Shown here: piece by piece, positions 7,016 to 15,784 of the stretch
Numbering within the stretch: the stretch's first letter is position 1
How the letters are laid out: each line of letters starts with the position of its first letter
Assembly: GCA_041649575.1 (NCBI GenBank)
Contig: JBAZMW010000001.1
Location: 150,001 to 182,000 of the forward strand
DNA: 32,000 nucleotides
Direction: 5' to 3'
Source: Patescibacteria group bacterium
GTDB taxonomy: Bacteria > Patescibacteriota > Patescibacteriia > 2-01-FULL-39-33
The notes under the pieces: generated by a model
Seen by the model: the letters and a program-made list of their open reading frames with translations, nothing else
Databases searched by the model: none
What the model was told of the DNA's origin: nothing
Position numbers and translations under genes: made by a program

Positions 7016-7028
7016 AAATTTAGATAAA

Positions 7029-8306
7029 TTATTTAGCCTGAACTTTACCGTCACTTTTTTCGAATTCATCTCTGGATAAAGCGGTGGTAATTGAGTAAGG
7101 AGTGACAATATCAATCAGCTCGCTGGTAAAATCATCAGAAGCTGCCAAAGAAATGTTTTCTAAAAGGGAAGCCGGCTGGCCGATTTGTTCTTCAGTGGGA
7201 ATAATTTCTATTTCAAAAGCGGCCCCGACGCTGGGTAAAAAATTCGATGGCGCATAGACCTTGTCTATATTCCAGTTAATCTTTTTATTCGCTGGGTCAT
7301 AAATGATAGCCGAACCGTTGGCAGCACTGAAGCGATTAGTCCAGGAGACGTTAGTTGGCAGTTGGGCGCTGATAGTAAGGTTATTCAAGTCGTTGTATTT
7401 ATTTTCTAGGTTCAGAAAAATCCAATACCTGGTTGGCTGGCCAACTTGCGGTGGCAGTGGGCCAAAACCAAGCTGATCACTCTCCTCGGTATAATAGCGG
7501 GCAAAAGCGACTACTTTACTTTCGGTGCTTATCCTCTGGTTCAATGGTTGACCGGTGCTAAAAATAGGGGACGAATTTCTTTCATTATTTCGATAAAATG
7601 CTTCGACATGACTGCTAAGAACGAAATTCTTATCGTGAGCAGAGCTCTGCGGCAGTGACTTTTTGGTTTTGATGGAGAATTTAATTTCGCCAGTTTGTCC
7701 CGGATCCACCGAGGCCAGTTGCGGCAGCTGTTCTTTATTCCAGGTAATGACGCTTTCGCCGTCAATCATTCTTTCGTCAAAGATGGCTTTTAGTCGCAGG
7801 TCTTTCAAAATAAAATTTTCTCGATTTTCATATTTAAGCACATAGGAATAAAATTGCCCCAGGTCGATATTTTTTTCGGATGAAACCAGGCTTAGGATTA
7901 AGTTGGTTTTGGCCGCCGGGACTGTTTCAGTGGTAGACGCTTCTTGATAATTGCCATGAGAAATAAAGCTGTTAGAAAAATCATTTCTTGTTTTCGGTGA
8001 GGACAGTAAGAGTAAAAGATTGAAAACAATAAGAAAGATAATAGTTATAGCCAGCAGCAAATCCACAATCAGGTGCCAGTAGCCATATTTGTTCTTTTGC
8101 GGACTGTAGTGCTTGTGCCAGCGCTTTCTGGCGGGAGAGATAAAAACATTAAGCGTGCCAATAATGACGTTGCCGCTTTTTTTGACTTTTAACTGATCGG
8201 GATAAATAGTGACGGCCGTCTGATCGTCCGATTCTCTGGGTTTGGCCTCGATGATCTCGGCTTTTGTTTCATCGGGAAGTTCTATCAGGGAAGTTTGATC
8301 CGGCAT
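7029..8306 (-). CDS. Single-pass membrane protein, function unknown
   Basis: The ORF is 425 aa. It has one strongly hydrophobic segment (YWHLIVDLLLAITIIFLIVFNLLLLL) followed by a large beta-rich C-terminal region. Its composition matches the backbone, and it lies 15 nt downstream of the preceding gene, so it is probably in an operon. Confidence 0.7.
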   Translation of the reverse strand: MPDQTSLIELPDETKAEIIEAKPRESDDQTAVTIYPDQLKVKKSGNVIIGTLNVFISPARKRWHKHYSPQKNKYGYWHLIVDLLLAITIIFLIVFNLLLLLSSPKTRNDFSNSFISHGNYQEASTTETVPAAKTNLILSLVSSEKNIDLGQFYSYVLKYENRENFILKDLRLKAIFDERMIDGESVITWNKEQLPQLASVDPGQTGEIKFSIKTKKSLPQSSAHDKNFVLSSHVEAFYRNNERNSSPIFSTGQPLNQRISTESKVVAFARYYTEESDQLGFGPLPPQVGQPTRYWIFLNLENKYNDLNNLTISAQLPTNVSWTNRFSAANGSAIIYDPANKKINWNIDKVYAPSNFLPSVGAAFEIEIIPTEEQIGQPASLLENISLAASDDFTSELIDIVTPYSITTALSRDEFEKSDGKVQAK

Positions 8307-8321
8307 TTTTTTTCTTGATTA

Positions 8322-10448
8322 TTAATTCGCGGCATATTCAAAATTATTATTTTTTTCGATAAAGCTGGTGGTAAAAACATTGGTGGTTAGCGCCAGTATT
8401 TCGGCCTGGCCATCACTGTCAATGTCGCTCGCCAGCGGCTTGACGCCTTCGCGTTTTTGCGGATTGTAGGCCAGCCAAGAATTTAACAACCTGCCTTGCT
8501 GATTGAAAATTTTTATCTCCGGGCTACCGCCGAATCCAGGACCGGTGATGATCTCGTCTTGGCCGTCGCCGTTAACATCGCCGCAAGCGACATTGACGCC
8601 GCCGGCAAATTTTTTATCGTAAGCGAAGAAACCCATTGACAATAGTTTACCACGATTATCAAAGATTTTCACATGAGGCCCGCCAGGACTGGAGGCGCCA
8701 ACAACAATTTCGCTCTGGCCGTCGCCGTTAACATCGCCAGCAGCTACATTAACTCCCATTTTAGTCCAAGCTTTATTATAGGCATAAAAGCTGGTTGGTT
8801 TTGTTTTCCCTTGCCAGTTGAAAATTTTGACCAAATTAGCGCCGCCGGTTTCCGGGCCAGTGATAATCTCTTGCCAGCCATCATTATCCAAATCGGCGAC
8901 GGCCAGAGATAGGCCGCCGGCAAACTTAGAGCCATAAGGATAAAATTCGGCAATATTCTCTTGAGCGCTGTTATAAATTGTTATTTTATTTTTGGCGGCT
9001 ACCAAAAATTCTTTTTGACCGTCATTATTCAAATCGGTTTTGCTGATTTTATTGCCTCCCAGAAACAGTGAAACATAAGCAAAGAAGCCATTTCTCACGG
9101 TGTGTCCATAAGCATTAAAAGGTCTGGCAAAAGAACCATTAGCAAAAACGCCATCTTCGATTTCCGCTAGCGGTCTCAAAAGAATGACGCCATCGCCGGC
9201 TTCCAGCGATAGTTTATCAAGACGCGAGCCATTGTTTATTTCTGGGTCTTGGATGCCGTGTATTTTCTCGTATTCCGAGTCAAAGCTGACGGTTTGTTTT
9301 TTGTCGGTTGAATTTACAATAGCCACGCCGTTGGCAAAATCTCTTTGCCACAAGCCGGGCTGGAGATTATTGTTCGAAGTCAGGAGGTTTTTAGGAGAGG
9401 ATTTGGCCGGACCTAAGTTGACGTCATATTCGTCGTACCACCAAAAGTGCTCTCTTAGCTGGGTTCCAAAATTAAAACCATAATAGCCATTATAGAGCAG
9501 AGCACTGGCCAGTCCAAAGCGCATCAACTGGTAATTGGTACGATTGCCGGTATTATCGGTGTCAACGTTGATAATATTTAGACGCGGCAGATAGCCAGAA
9601 TTATTGGTATCGCGGTAGCGTTTCATCGAGCCATCCCAGCCACCTTCCCAATATTCGGGAAAACCTTCAAACATCCGGCCATTAAGATCCAAGTATGGGC
9701 CGTCGCCATTGCCGACAATCAGATATTTATCGCCAAATTTGTTTCTTAGATTTTTAAACAGATTTTTATAACCTTCTTGCCAAAGACGATCGATTTTTTC
9801 GGCGGAATCCAGATAACCGTCAGCGTCAATATCGATGCGCGAATTAACCCAGGAGACGTTTTGCCAGACATTGTCGAGCAGCAAGCCGTCCCAAAGGCCG
9901 GTGGCCAGCACTTTATTCTGATAGAAGTCGGCTAAATAATCGGCATAAGACTTTCCGAGCCGGTTTTTGACATAAAGATTCATGGAAATATTGCCCGGCC
10001 AGAAAGAGATATTTTCTCCAGCCACGGTTTTCAATTGCCAGCGGGGGTCGCTCTCCTTGGCCAAGGTGTGCCACAGGCCAGCGCCTTGCGGCTCAACCAC
10101 TGATAGCCTTTCGAGCGGGATTTCGTTGGCGGAAGTATAGGCCAAAATAACAATCCTGGGGTTTAGTTTCCTGATTAGTTTGATTTCTTGCTGACTAGTG
10201 CTTTGAGCCTGCATATCCAGAGCCAACAGATCATAAGCAGCCAGCTTAACAGCCTCTTCTTGAGTGATTGGAGTTTTCCAATATAAATTGACGGTACGAG
10301 GAAAGTTATAACTAAGCAAATCGACAGCTAAAAGCGACTTAAGCGGCAGAAGAATGGCGCTGAAAAAAGCCGCTAAAATCAAACTGCCGGCCAGAATTTT
10401 TTGCCAAAGCTTTATTTGCAAGTTGGTTTTGGGAAACAAAACAAACAT
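8322..10448 (-). CDS. Membrane-anchored protein with a glycoside-hydrolase-like TIM-barrel region and C-terminal FG-GAP/VCBS repeats
   Basis: The ORF is 708 aa with an N-terminal transmembrane segment. There are five Ca-binding FG-GAP-like repeats: DLNNDGQKE, DLDNDGWQEIITG, GDVNGDGQSEIVVG, GDVNGDGQDEIITG and SDIDSDGQAEIL. The N-terminal half resembles GHL-type putative glycosidases, but I recognise that only weakly. Confidence 0.7.
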   Translation of the reverse strand: MFVLFPKTNLQIKLWQKILAGSLILAAFFSAILLPLKSLLAVDLLSYNFPRTVNLYWKTPITQEEAVKLAAYDLLALDMQAQSTSQQEIKLIRKLNPRIVILAYTSANEIPLERLSVVEPQGAGLWHTLAKESDPRWQLKTVAGENISFWPGNISMNLYVKNRLGKSYADYLADFYQNKVLATGLWDGLLLDNVWQNVSWVNSRIDIDADGYLDSAEKIDRLWQEGYKNLFKNLRNKFGDKYLIVGNGDGPYLDLNGRMFEGFPEYWEGGWDGSMKRYRDTNNSGYLPRLNIINVDTDNTGNRTNYQLMRFGLASALLYNGYYGFNFGTQLREHFWWYDEYDVNLGPAKSSPKNLLTSNNNLQPGLWQRDFANGVAIVNSTDKKQTVSFDSEYEKIHGIQDPEINNGSRLDKLSLEAGDGVILLRPLAEIEDGVFANGSFARPFNAYGHTVRNGFFAYVSLFLGGNKISKTDLNNDGQKEFLVAAKNKITIYNSAQENIAEFYPYGSKFAGGLSLAVADLDNDGWQEIITGPETGGANLVKIFNWQGKTKPTSFYAYNKAWTKMGVNVAAGDVNGDGQSEIVVGASSPGGPHVKIFDNRGKLLSMGFFAYDKKFAGGVNVACGDVNGDGQDEIITGPGFGGSPEIKIFNQQGRLLNSWLAYNPQKREGVKPLASDIDSDGQAEILALTTNVFTTSFIEKNNNFEYAAN

Positions 10449-10450
10449 CT

Positions 10451-11632
10451 TTAATTATTTAGGTTTAGTAATTGGCTATAAATAGCTGACAATGCCTGGT
10501 AATGCTGTTGTGGATTGTATTTTGTTGCCGCCAGCTCTCTGGCCTTTAGGCCGAGCTTTTTTATCTTTTCACGATCGCCCGCTAATTCCATAATAGCATT
10601 TTTTAGGGCAGTCGGGTTGTCCGGCTCAAAAAGCAAACCAGTATCCTCGCTGACAATTTCCGGCACTGCTCCGACACGAGCGGCCACTACTGGCTTGAAA
10701 CAGCCGTAACTTTCCAAAATACTCAAACCAAAAGTCTCATGGACGCGTGACGGGAAAACAGTAAACAAACTTCTGGCGATAAGTTTGGTTAGTTCAGTAC
10801 CGGTTTTGCGGCCGACAAACTGTATCCGGCCGGCTAAGCCAGACTCGGCAGCCAAGGCTTTTAGTTCATCTTCTTGCGGCCCGCCGCCGGCAATTTTTAA
10901 TTTGATGTCCGGGATTTCTTTTAGAGCCCTGATTAATAAATCCACGCCCTTGCTTTCGTCGAGGCGGCCGAAAAACAGCAAGTAATCTTCCGCTGGCAGT
11001 GGCTGGGCCGGATAAGATTTCAGATCAATAAAATGCGGCAGGATTTGAATTTTTTCTTTTTTGAAGTTGGCTTTCAGTAGTTGATCTTTGACAAATTGCG
11101 AGGGGGCGATAAAAAGATCGATATTATTCTGATAAATTTTTAGCAGTTTATGAAAATTGAACTCCAGCTTCAAAATCCAGGCGATAAGAGAAGAATTCTT
11201 GTGTTTGGTTGGTTTGTTGTCGGCACGCAAAGTATAATCCGGTTTAACCAGCTTGAAATCATGCACGGTCATTACTATTGGCAGGCCGGCTTGTTTGAGA
11301 ACCGGCAAAATAGAGGGAGAAAGCTGATGATAAATGTTGTGCAAATGGACGATTTGCGGCCGGTCGGCCTTAATCAGCCGGCTGATTTTTCTGCGAGCCG
11401 AGAGTGACCAAAACATCCTGGGGATTTTCATAGCGCTTCTTAGACTGAATCGGCCCAGCTCCCAATCGGTAAGAAAATATTTTTCTTGTCCGCTGTTGAT
11501 ATTTTTGGGATTTTTTTGGGAGAAGTAAATTATCTCGTGGCCATGACCAGTCAAGAGGCGGCTTAAATTGAACAGGTAGGCTTCGGCGCCGCCGCGAGGA
11601 TAGAGAAATTTATTGACTTGGAGGATTTTCAT
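10451..11632 (-). CDS. Glycosyltransferase, family 4
   Basis: The ORF is 393 aa. The start MKILQVNKFLYPRGGAE and the block FPSRVHETFGLSILESYGCFKPVV (E-x7-E region) are typical of GT4. Confidence 0.85.
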   Translation of the reverse strand: MKILQVNKFLYPRGGAEAYLFNLSRLLTGHGHEIIYFSQKNPKNINSGQEKYFLTDWELGRFSLRSAMKIPRMFWSLSARRKISRLIKADRPQIVHLHNIYHQLSPSILPVLKQAGLPIVMTVHDFKLVKPDYTLRADNKPTKHKNSSLIAWILKLEFNFHKLLKIYQNNIDLFIAPSQFVKDQLLKANFKKEKIQILPHFIDLKSYPAQPLPAEDYLLFFGRLDESKGVDLLIRALKEIPDIKLKIAGGGPQEDELKALAAESGLAGRIQFVGRKTGTELTKLIARSLFTVFPSRVHETFGLSILESYGCFKPVVAARVGAVPEIVSEDTGLLFEPDNPTALKNAIMELAGDREKIKKLGLKARELAATKYNPQQHYQALSAIYSQLLNLNN

Positions 11633-11641
11633 AAAATAGCG

Positions 11642-13138
11642 TTAGCCGTTTGTTTCCGCAGGCAGTTTTTGGTTGTTAATTATTTTTCCGGTGCGAATCA
11701 GACCCAGAATCAGCCAAAAGAAGACGCCGGTTAGATTAGTTTCCAGATAAGGCTGGAACAGGCTGGCAAAAATCAGGGCAGTAAGACAAGCGACTAGACC
11801 CAGGTAGTAAGGATTTAAGTCCTCGTTTAAAAAAATTTTTTTCCAACTCTTGGCCAAGACCGTGGCGATGACTAATAAAAAAAGCAAGAGACCAATAATT
11901 CCCATTTGCACTAAAATAGCTAGTAGCGAGTTGTGGATATTGCGGACCTCTTCGAAGGTGTGCCAATCTGGCAGTTCCAGGGGGATTTTAAGACCGAAGC
12001 CTACCCCCAAAAAAGGATTAAGCAGCCAGACTCTTTGAGCCGTCTGCCACAAACTGATCCGCCAGCTGGCGCTGGTGTCGCCGGCGGTATTTAAGATAGA
12101 AACGACGCGTTCTTTCAGGTCGCCGCCGTAGTTGTTGATTCCTTCTGGCAAGCCCTGTAGCGGCAGAAGGTTGACTACCAGAACAACCAGGACAACAATG
12201 CTGGCCAAAACCATAAGATTTTTAAGGCCATAGCCGATTAGCTTTTTTCGGTTGGTTTTGGGGGCGATAAAAAGAAGCACTAAGGCGCCAACAACCAAAG
12301 CCAGCCAGAGGTGTCGCATCAAGGAGACGGCAATCCCCAGGCCCCAAAGCCACAAAACCAGGCTGGGCAAGCTATTGTTATAGAAACGTTTGGCAGCCAG
12401 TAAACTCAAAATTATTAAAAAAGTTAGAACCAGATAGAAGGCATGAGTTCCGGCCAAGAGGCGGACGCCGCCGGTGGAGAGGGGAGTAAATTCAGTCCAC
12501 AATCCCTGGCCTCTGAAAAAACCGATAGCAATAAAAACAATCAGCGCCAAGCCGCTTAAAATCATAATATGAATGAGGTTCTTAAATTTTTTACTGTCTT
12601 GAATAATATATATAACCAAGAAGTAGAGAATCGGATAAAAAGCGTAATTTTTGAAACTGCTGAAAACTACGGCCGGATCGGCGTTAATATCTATCAGACC
12701 GCGCAAAAAGTAGAGGCCGGTCAGGGCCATGAAAAGCAAGAGGATTTTTTCCGGGGCTTCCAAAAATAATTTGGGACGACTTTTTCTGTAAAAAATATTA
12801 ATTAATAGTGCCAGACCGGTAATCAAAATAACAAGGTCGAGCGGATAAATTTTGTAGGCGGCTTGTTCTATGACCAGTGACTGCAGAGTGAAAAAGCGCT
12901 CAAAGATCATGGTCAGACAAACAATTATTCCCAGCCCGAGAGAGTTGAGGGGCAAAATAAAAATAGCGGCGACAACGACAAAGAGGATAAAAATCAAAGG
13001 CGAAAAACTGAAATAGATTATGCCGATAACAAAAGCGGCCAGATAGATATAGGCCACTATGTTGTAAAGCAGAGTCCAATTAGGCGTCCGGCGCGGTGGA
13101 CTCTTCTTAGCGGTTAGGTTTTTATTTTTACCAGTCAT
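11642..13138 (-). CDS. O-antigen ligase / Wzy-like polytopic membrane protein
   Basis: The ORF is 498 aa with at least 10 hydrophobic segments. A large loop contains SWRISLWQ..NPFLGVGFG and HNSLLAILVQMG, which resembles the Wzy_C / O-antigen ligase domain. Confidence 0.7.
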   Translation of the reverse strand: MTGKNKNLTAKKSPPRRTPNWTLLYNIVAYIYLAAFVIGIIYFSFSPLIFILFVVVAAIFILPLNSLGLGIIVCLTMIFERFFTLQSLVIEQAAYKIYPLDLVILITGLALLINIFYRKSRPKLFLEAPEKILLLFMALTGLYFLRGLIDINADPAVVFSSFKNYAFYPILYFLVIYIIQDSKKFKNLIHIMILSGLALIVFIAIGFFRGQGLWTEFTPLSTGGVRLLAGTHAFYLVLTFLIILSLLAAKRFYNNSLPSLVLWLWGLGIAVSLMRHLWLALVVGALVLLFIAPKTNRKKLIGYGLKNLMVLASIVVLVVLVVNLLPLQGLPEGINNYGGDLKERVVSILNTAGDTSASWRISLWQTAQRVWLLNPFLGVGFGLKIPLELPDWHTFEEVRNIHNSLLAILVQMGIIGLLLFLLVIATVLAKSWKKIFLNEDLNPYYLGLVACLTALIFASLFQPYLETNLTGVFFWLILGLIRTGKIINNQKLPAETNG

Positions 13139-13943
13139 AATAGCGAGGAGTGGTGCCTTGCCCGTCGTCCATTACTTCCGGGTCGATGTCATTTTCGGTT
13201 GCCGCCGTCATAAAAGACAGAGCTTCATTGTTTAAATTCAGCTGCATCAGAGAAGGCTTATCGGTTTGGTCGTTTTTTTCTATCAGCTCCAGAGTTTCAT
13301 CTTTGAGGCGGCCGATTTTCGGCTTGAAAATCGATTCAAAAAGCTGTTGCTCCGGAAAAATAATAATCAGAGTGAAACCTAAGACGATGCCGGCCACCAG
13401 ACCCAAAACCGTATTAGTGGCGGTTCGCGGCTGATCGGGCTTATCAGAGGCCACCGGCGCGTCAATCATTTTTATCAGAATTCGATCGCCCAGCCCGTGA
13501 TAAAGCTGATGTTTGGTCATGACGGTATAGCTGATGGCTTGAGCAAATTGGTTTGCTTGGTCGCGATCGCGGTTTAAAACATTGATAAAAATAATGCCTT
13601 TGTTTTCCTCGGTCTTGACCTGAACGGCTTTCTTCCAGTTTTTCAAGCGAGTTTCCGCGCCAATGCCCAGCTCGTCTTTGAGATTAAAGTTGCTTTTAAA
13701 AGTGTTGTCTATAAAAGAGTTGGTATAAACCACTTCGGTTAAAACGTTGGCGATATAATCGGCAGTGCGACTGGCAGTGTAGGGGTCGACGTTTTCCTGA
13801 TTGACCACTACCAAGAGCTTGACCGAAGACTTGTATTTGGGAGTTTGCAGCAAGCTCACTGCCAAACTGGCGATCATTACCAAAAGGCCAATAGTAATAA
13901 TGGTTCTGATGTTTTTGGCGTTAAAAAGATAAGTTGAACTCAT
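13128..13943 (-). CDS. Wzz / chain-length-determinant-like protein
   Basis: The ORF is 271 aa. An N-terminal transmembrane segment is followed by PKYKSSVKLLV, the Wzz N-terminal motif style, and there is a second transmembrane segment (VLGLVAGIVLGFTLIIIF). It overlaps the next gene by 11 nt. Confidence 0.65.
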   Translation of the reverse strand: MSSTYLFNAKNIRTIITIGLLVMIASLAVSLLQTPKYKSSVKLLVVVNQENVDPYTASRTADYIANVLTEVVYTNSFIDNTFKSNFNLKDELGIGAETRLKNWKKAVQVKTEENKGIIFINVLNRDRDQANQFAQAISYTVMTKHQLYHGLGDRILIKMIDAPVASDKPDQPRTATNTVLGLVAGIVLGFTLIIIFPEQQLFESIFKPKIGRLKDETLELIEKNDQTDKPSLMQLNLNNEALSFMTAATENDIDPEVMDDGQGTTPRYYDW

Positions 13944-13989
13944 ATTTGTTTAAATTTGGCTATTTTTTATAATTGTTTATTAACATCAT

Positions 13990-14018
13990 AGATTATCATA
14001 TTTTTTATAAAATGTCAA
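13990..14018 (-). promoter_or_regulatory. Sigma70-type promoter of the polysaccharide operon
   Basis: On the minus strand: TTGACA (14013-14018), N17, TAATCT (13990-13995), upstream of the ATG at 13943. Confidence 0.5.
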
Positions 14019-14048
14019 ACATAGCCCTGTTCGATGGCCCAACGCTAT

Positions 14049-14077
14049 TAGACAATAAAGCCATAAGCGATTATAAT
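14049..14077 (+). promoter_or_regulatory. Sigma70-type promoter of the dcw cluster, divergent from the polysaccharide operon
   Basis: TAGACA (14049-14054), N17, TATAAT (14072-14077), 28 nt upstream of the ATG at 14106. Confidence 0.5.
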
Positions 14078-14105
14078 ATTTATATCCGGCGTTGCCAATA
14101 AAAAT

Positions 14106-14480
14106 ATGATTTTTTTTAAACTTCACGAATTAATTTGGGTTAATCCGGCCAAGCGCGACAAGGTAATCCTGATTAATTTGTCTTTAGCCCTACTGATTAA
14201 CCTGGCCTTGATAGCGGCGCTGATTTTTAATTTTTGGTGGGCCAAAGAATTCATAATTTTGCGTTTTAATATTTATTTCGGTATCAGCAGCCTGGGTGCT
14301 TGGTACAAGGTTTTTTTGATGCCGCTAATCGGCTTGATAATAATTGTTGTTAATTTTTTATTGAGCTTTTATTTTTATCTTAAAGAAAAATTATTGAGTT
14401 ATTATCTGGCCGCCGCCGCTTTGGTTTGTAATTTGATTTTATTGGTAGCGGGGGCTCTTTTAATTTATATTAATTTATAA
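14106..14480 (+). CDS. Small polytopic membrane protein, function unknown
   Basis: The ORF is 124 aa with three hydrophobic segments. It lies 18 nt upstream of mraY on the same strand. Confidence 0.6.
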   Translation: MIFFKLHELIWVNPAKRDKVILINLSLALLINLALIAALIFNFWWAKEFIILRFNIYFGISSLGAWYKVFLMPLIGLIIIVVNFLLSFYFYLKEKLLSYYLAAAALVCNLILLVAGALLIYINL

Positions 14481-14498
14481 TTAATACAACCATTTCTT

Positions 14499-15554
14499 AT
14501 GCTGATCGATTTTTTTGTAATCAAAATTTTCTTTTTGGCCTTTTTGTCGTTTATAGTGGCGATTGCCTGGACGCCGGCTTTGACTCATTTTTTATACAAA
14601 TACAAGCTGGGCAAACAAATCCGCACTTCCGATCGGGCGCCGATTTTTTCGCAAATGCATCAAAAAAAATCGGGCACGCCGGTGATGGGCGGCTTGTTGA
14701 TTTGGGTGACGGTTTTGGTTTTTGCTTTTGCTTTTCATTTTTTGGCAGTCTGGTTTGACGGCATTTTCGGCAAGTTTGATTTTTTGAGCCGATCCCAGAC
14801 TTGGCTGCCACTAGGAGCGCTGGTGGTGACGGCCCTGGTTGGGCTAGCAGACGACTTCTTAAATATCAGAAAGATCGGGCCCTATGGCGGAGGCCTGTCG
14901 GTCAGACATCGGCTGGTGGTTTACACCCTAATTGCTTTGGTGGTGGCCTGGTGGTTTTATTTCAAACTGGATTGGGACTTTGTGCGCATTCCTTTTTTGG
15001 CCACTTTTAATATCGGTCTGTGGTACATACCTCTGGTAATCGTGGTGGTGGTGGCCACTGCTTTTTCGGTCAATGAAATTGACGGTTTGGACGGTTTGGC
15101 CGGCGGGACGCTCTTGGCCGCTTTCTCCGCTTTTGGAGCGATTGCCTTTGCGCAAGGCCGCTATGATTTGGCGGCTTTCTGCGGCGTGATTTTGGGAGCG
15201 CTTTTGGCCTTCTTGTGGTTTAATATTACGCCGGCCAGGTTTTTTATGGGTGATACGGGAGCAATGGCTTTGGGGGTGGTATTGGCGATAATGGCGCTAC
15301 TGACCAATTCGGTTTTGCTCTTGCCGGTAATCGGTTTTTTGTTTGTGGTGGAATCGGCCTCGGTGATTATTCAGGTTGCCTCCAAGAAGCTGCGCGGTGG
15401 CAAAAAGATATTTTTGTCGACCCCGATTCATCACCATTTTGAGGCCAAGGGTTGGCCCGAGGCCAAGGTGGTAATGCGTTTTTGGGTTATTTCCGCCATG
15501 ACTTCCATTATTGGACTGGTGATATTTTTAATGGATAGAGGAGCGTGGCGTTAG
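14499..15554 (+). CDS. mraY: Phospho-N-acetylmuramoyl-pentapeptide transferase
   Basis: The ORF is 351 aa and polytopic. MraY signatures are present: GLADDFLNI, NEIDGLDGLAGG, FMGDTGAMALG and PIHHHFE. Confidence 0.92.
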   Translation: MLIDFFVIKIFFLAFLSFIVAIAWTPALTHFLYKYKLGKQIRTSDRAPIFSQMHQKKSGTPVMGGLLIWVTVLVFAFAFHFLAVWFDGIFGKFDFLSRSQTWLPLGALVVTALVGLADDFLNIRKIGPYGGGLSVRHRLVVYTLIALVVAWWFYFKLDWDFVRIPFLATFNIGLWYIPLVIVVVVATAFSVNEIDGLDGLAGGTLLAAFSAFGAIAFAQGRYDLAAFCGVILGALLAFLWFNITPARFFMGDTGAMALGVVLAIMALLTNSVLLLPVIGFLFVVESASVIIQVASKKLRGGKKIFLSTPIHHHFEAKGWPEAKVVMRFWVISAMTSIIGLVIFLMDRGAWR

Positions 15555-15560
15555 TCTGGT

Positions 15561-15588
15561 CGCTTTTCTTTTCTAGAAAAGAAAAGCG
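15561..15588. terminator. CTAG-centred perfect palindrome immediately after mraY
   Basis: The 28-nt sequence cgcttttcttttCTAGaaaagaaaagcg is a perfect palindrome, 7 nt past the mraY stop. There is no separate T-tract. A third aaaagaaaag copy at 15594-15603 offers an alternative pairing partner. Confidence 0.45.
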
Positions 15589-15605
15589 CACGCAAAAGAA
15601 AAGTC

Positions 15606-15758
15606 GCGAGCTAACATGAAAAATTTTGCGTTTCAGACAAAATTCTAACAAAATTTTTAAATTCCCCGCTCAGGCGCTGACGCGCTGAGCGGGTCAAACA
15701 GTAAAAATTTAGTAACGAATTTTGCCTTCACTTTTTTCAAAATTTTTCATAGGCTCGC
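15606..15758. repeat. Intergenic element of about 150 nt bounded by imperfect 21-23-nt inverted repeats, with an internal GC hairpin
   Basis: The left arm is gcgagc-taac-atgaaaaattttg (15606-15628). The right arm is caaaatttttcat-ag-gctcgc (15738-15758). Their cores are exactly complementary: a 13-nt block plus a 6-nt block. The internal hairpin is cccgctcag..ctgagcggg (15665-15693). Confidence 0.55.
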
Positions 15759-15784
15759 ATTGGGTAACTATCAAAAACAATTGT

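Noticed and set aside
13946-13960. The tttgtttaaatttgg motif upstream of the Wzz-like gene could be evidence of a lost cassette at that site.
   Set aside because: There is no compositional anomaly, orphan promoter or terminator, or gene-end duplication there. The motif sits in the leader directly before the start codon, so it more simply shows that the core motif also occurs in ordinary backbone leaders.
15722-15784. The track's TTG start at 15722 for the AlaRS-like ORF.
   Set aside because: The extension lies within the right inverted-repeat arm of the intergenic element. The ATG at 15785 begins MKYLELRNRIENF, which matches the position of the AlaRS N-terminal helix (..EIR..FL.FF).
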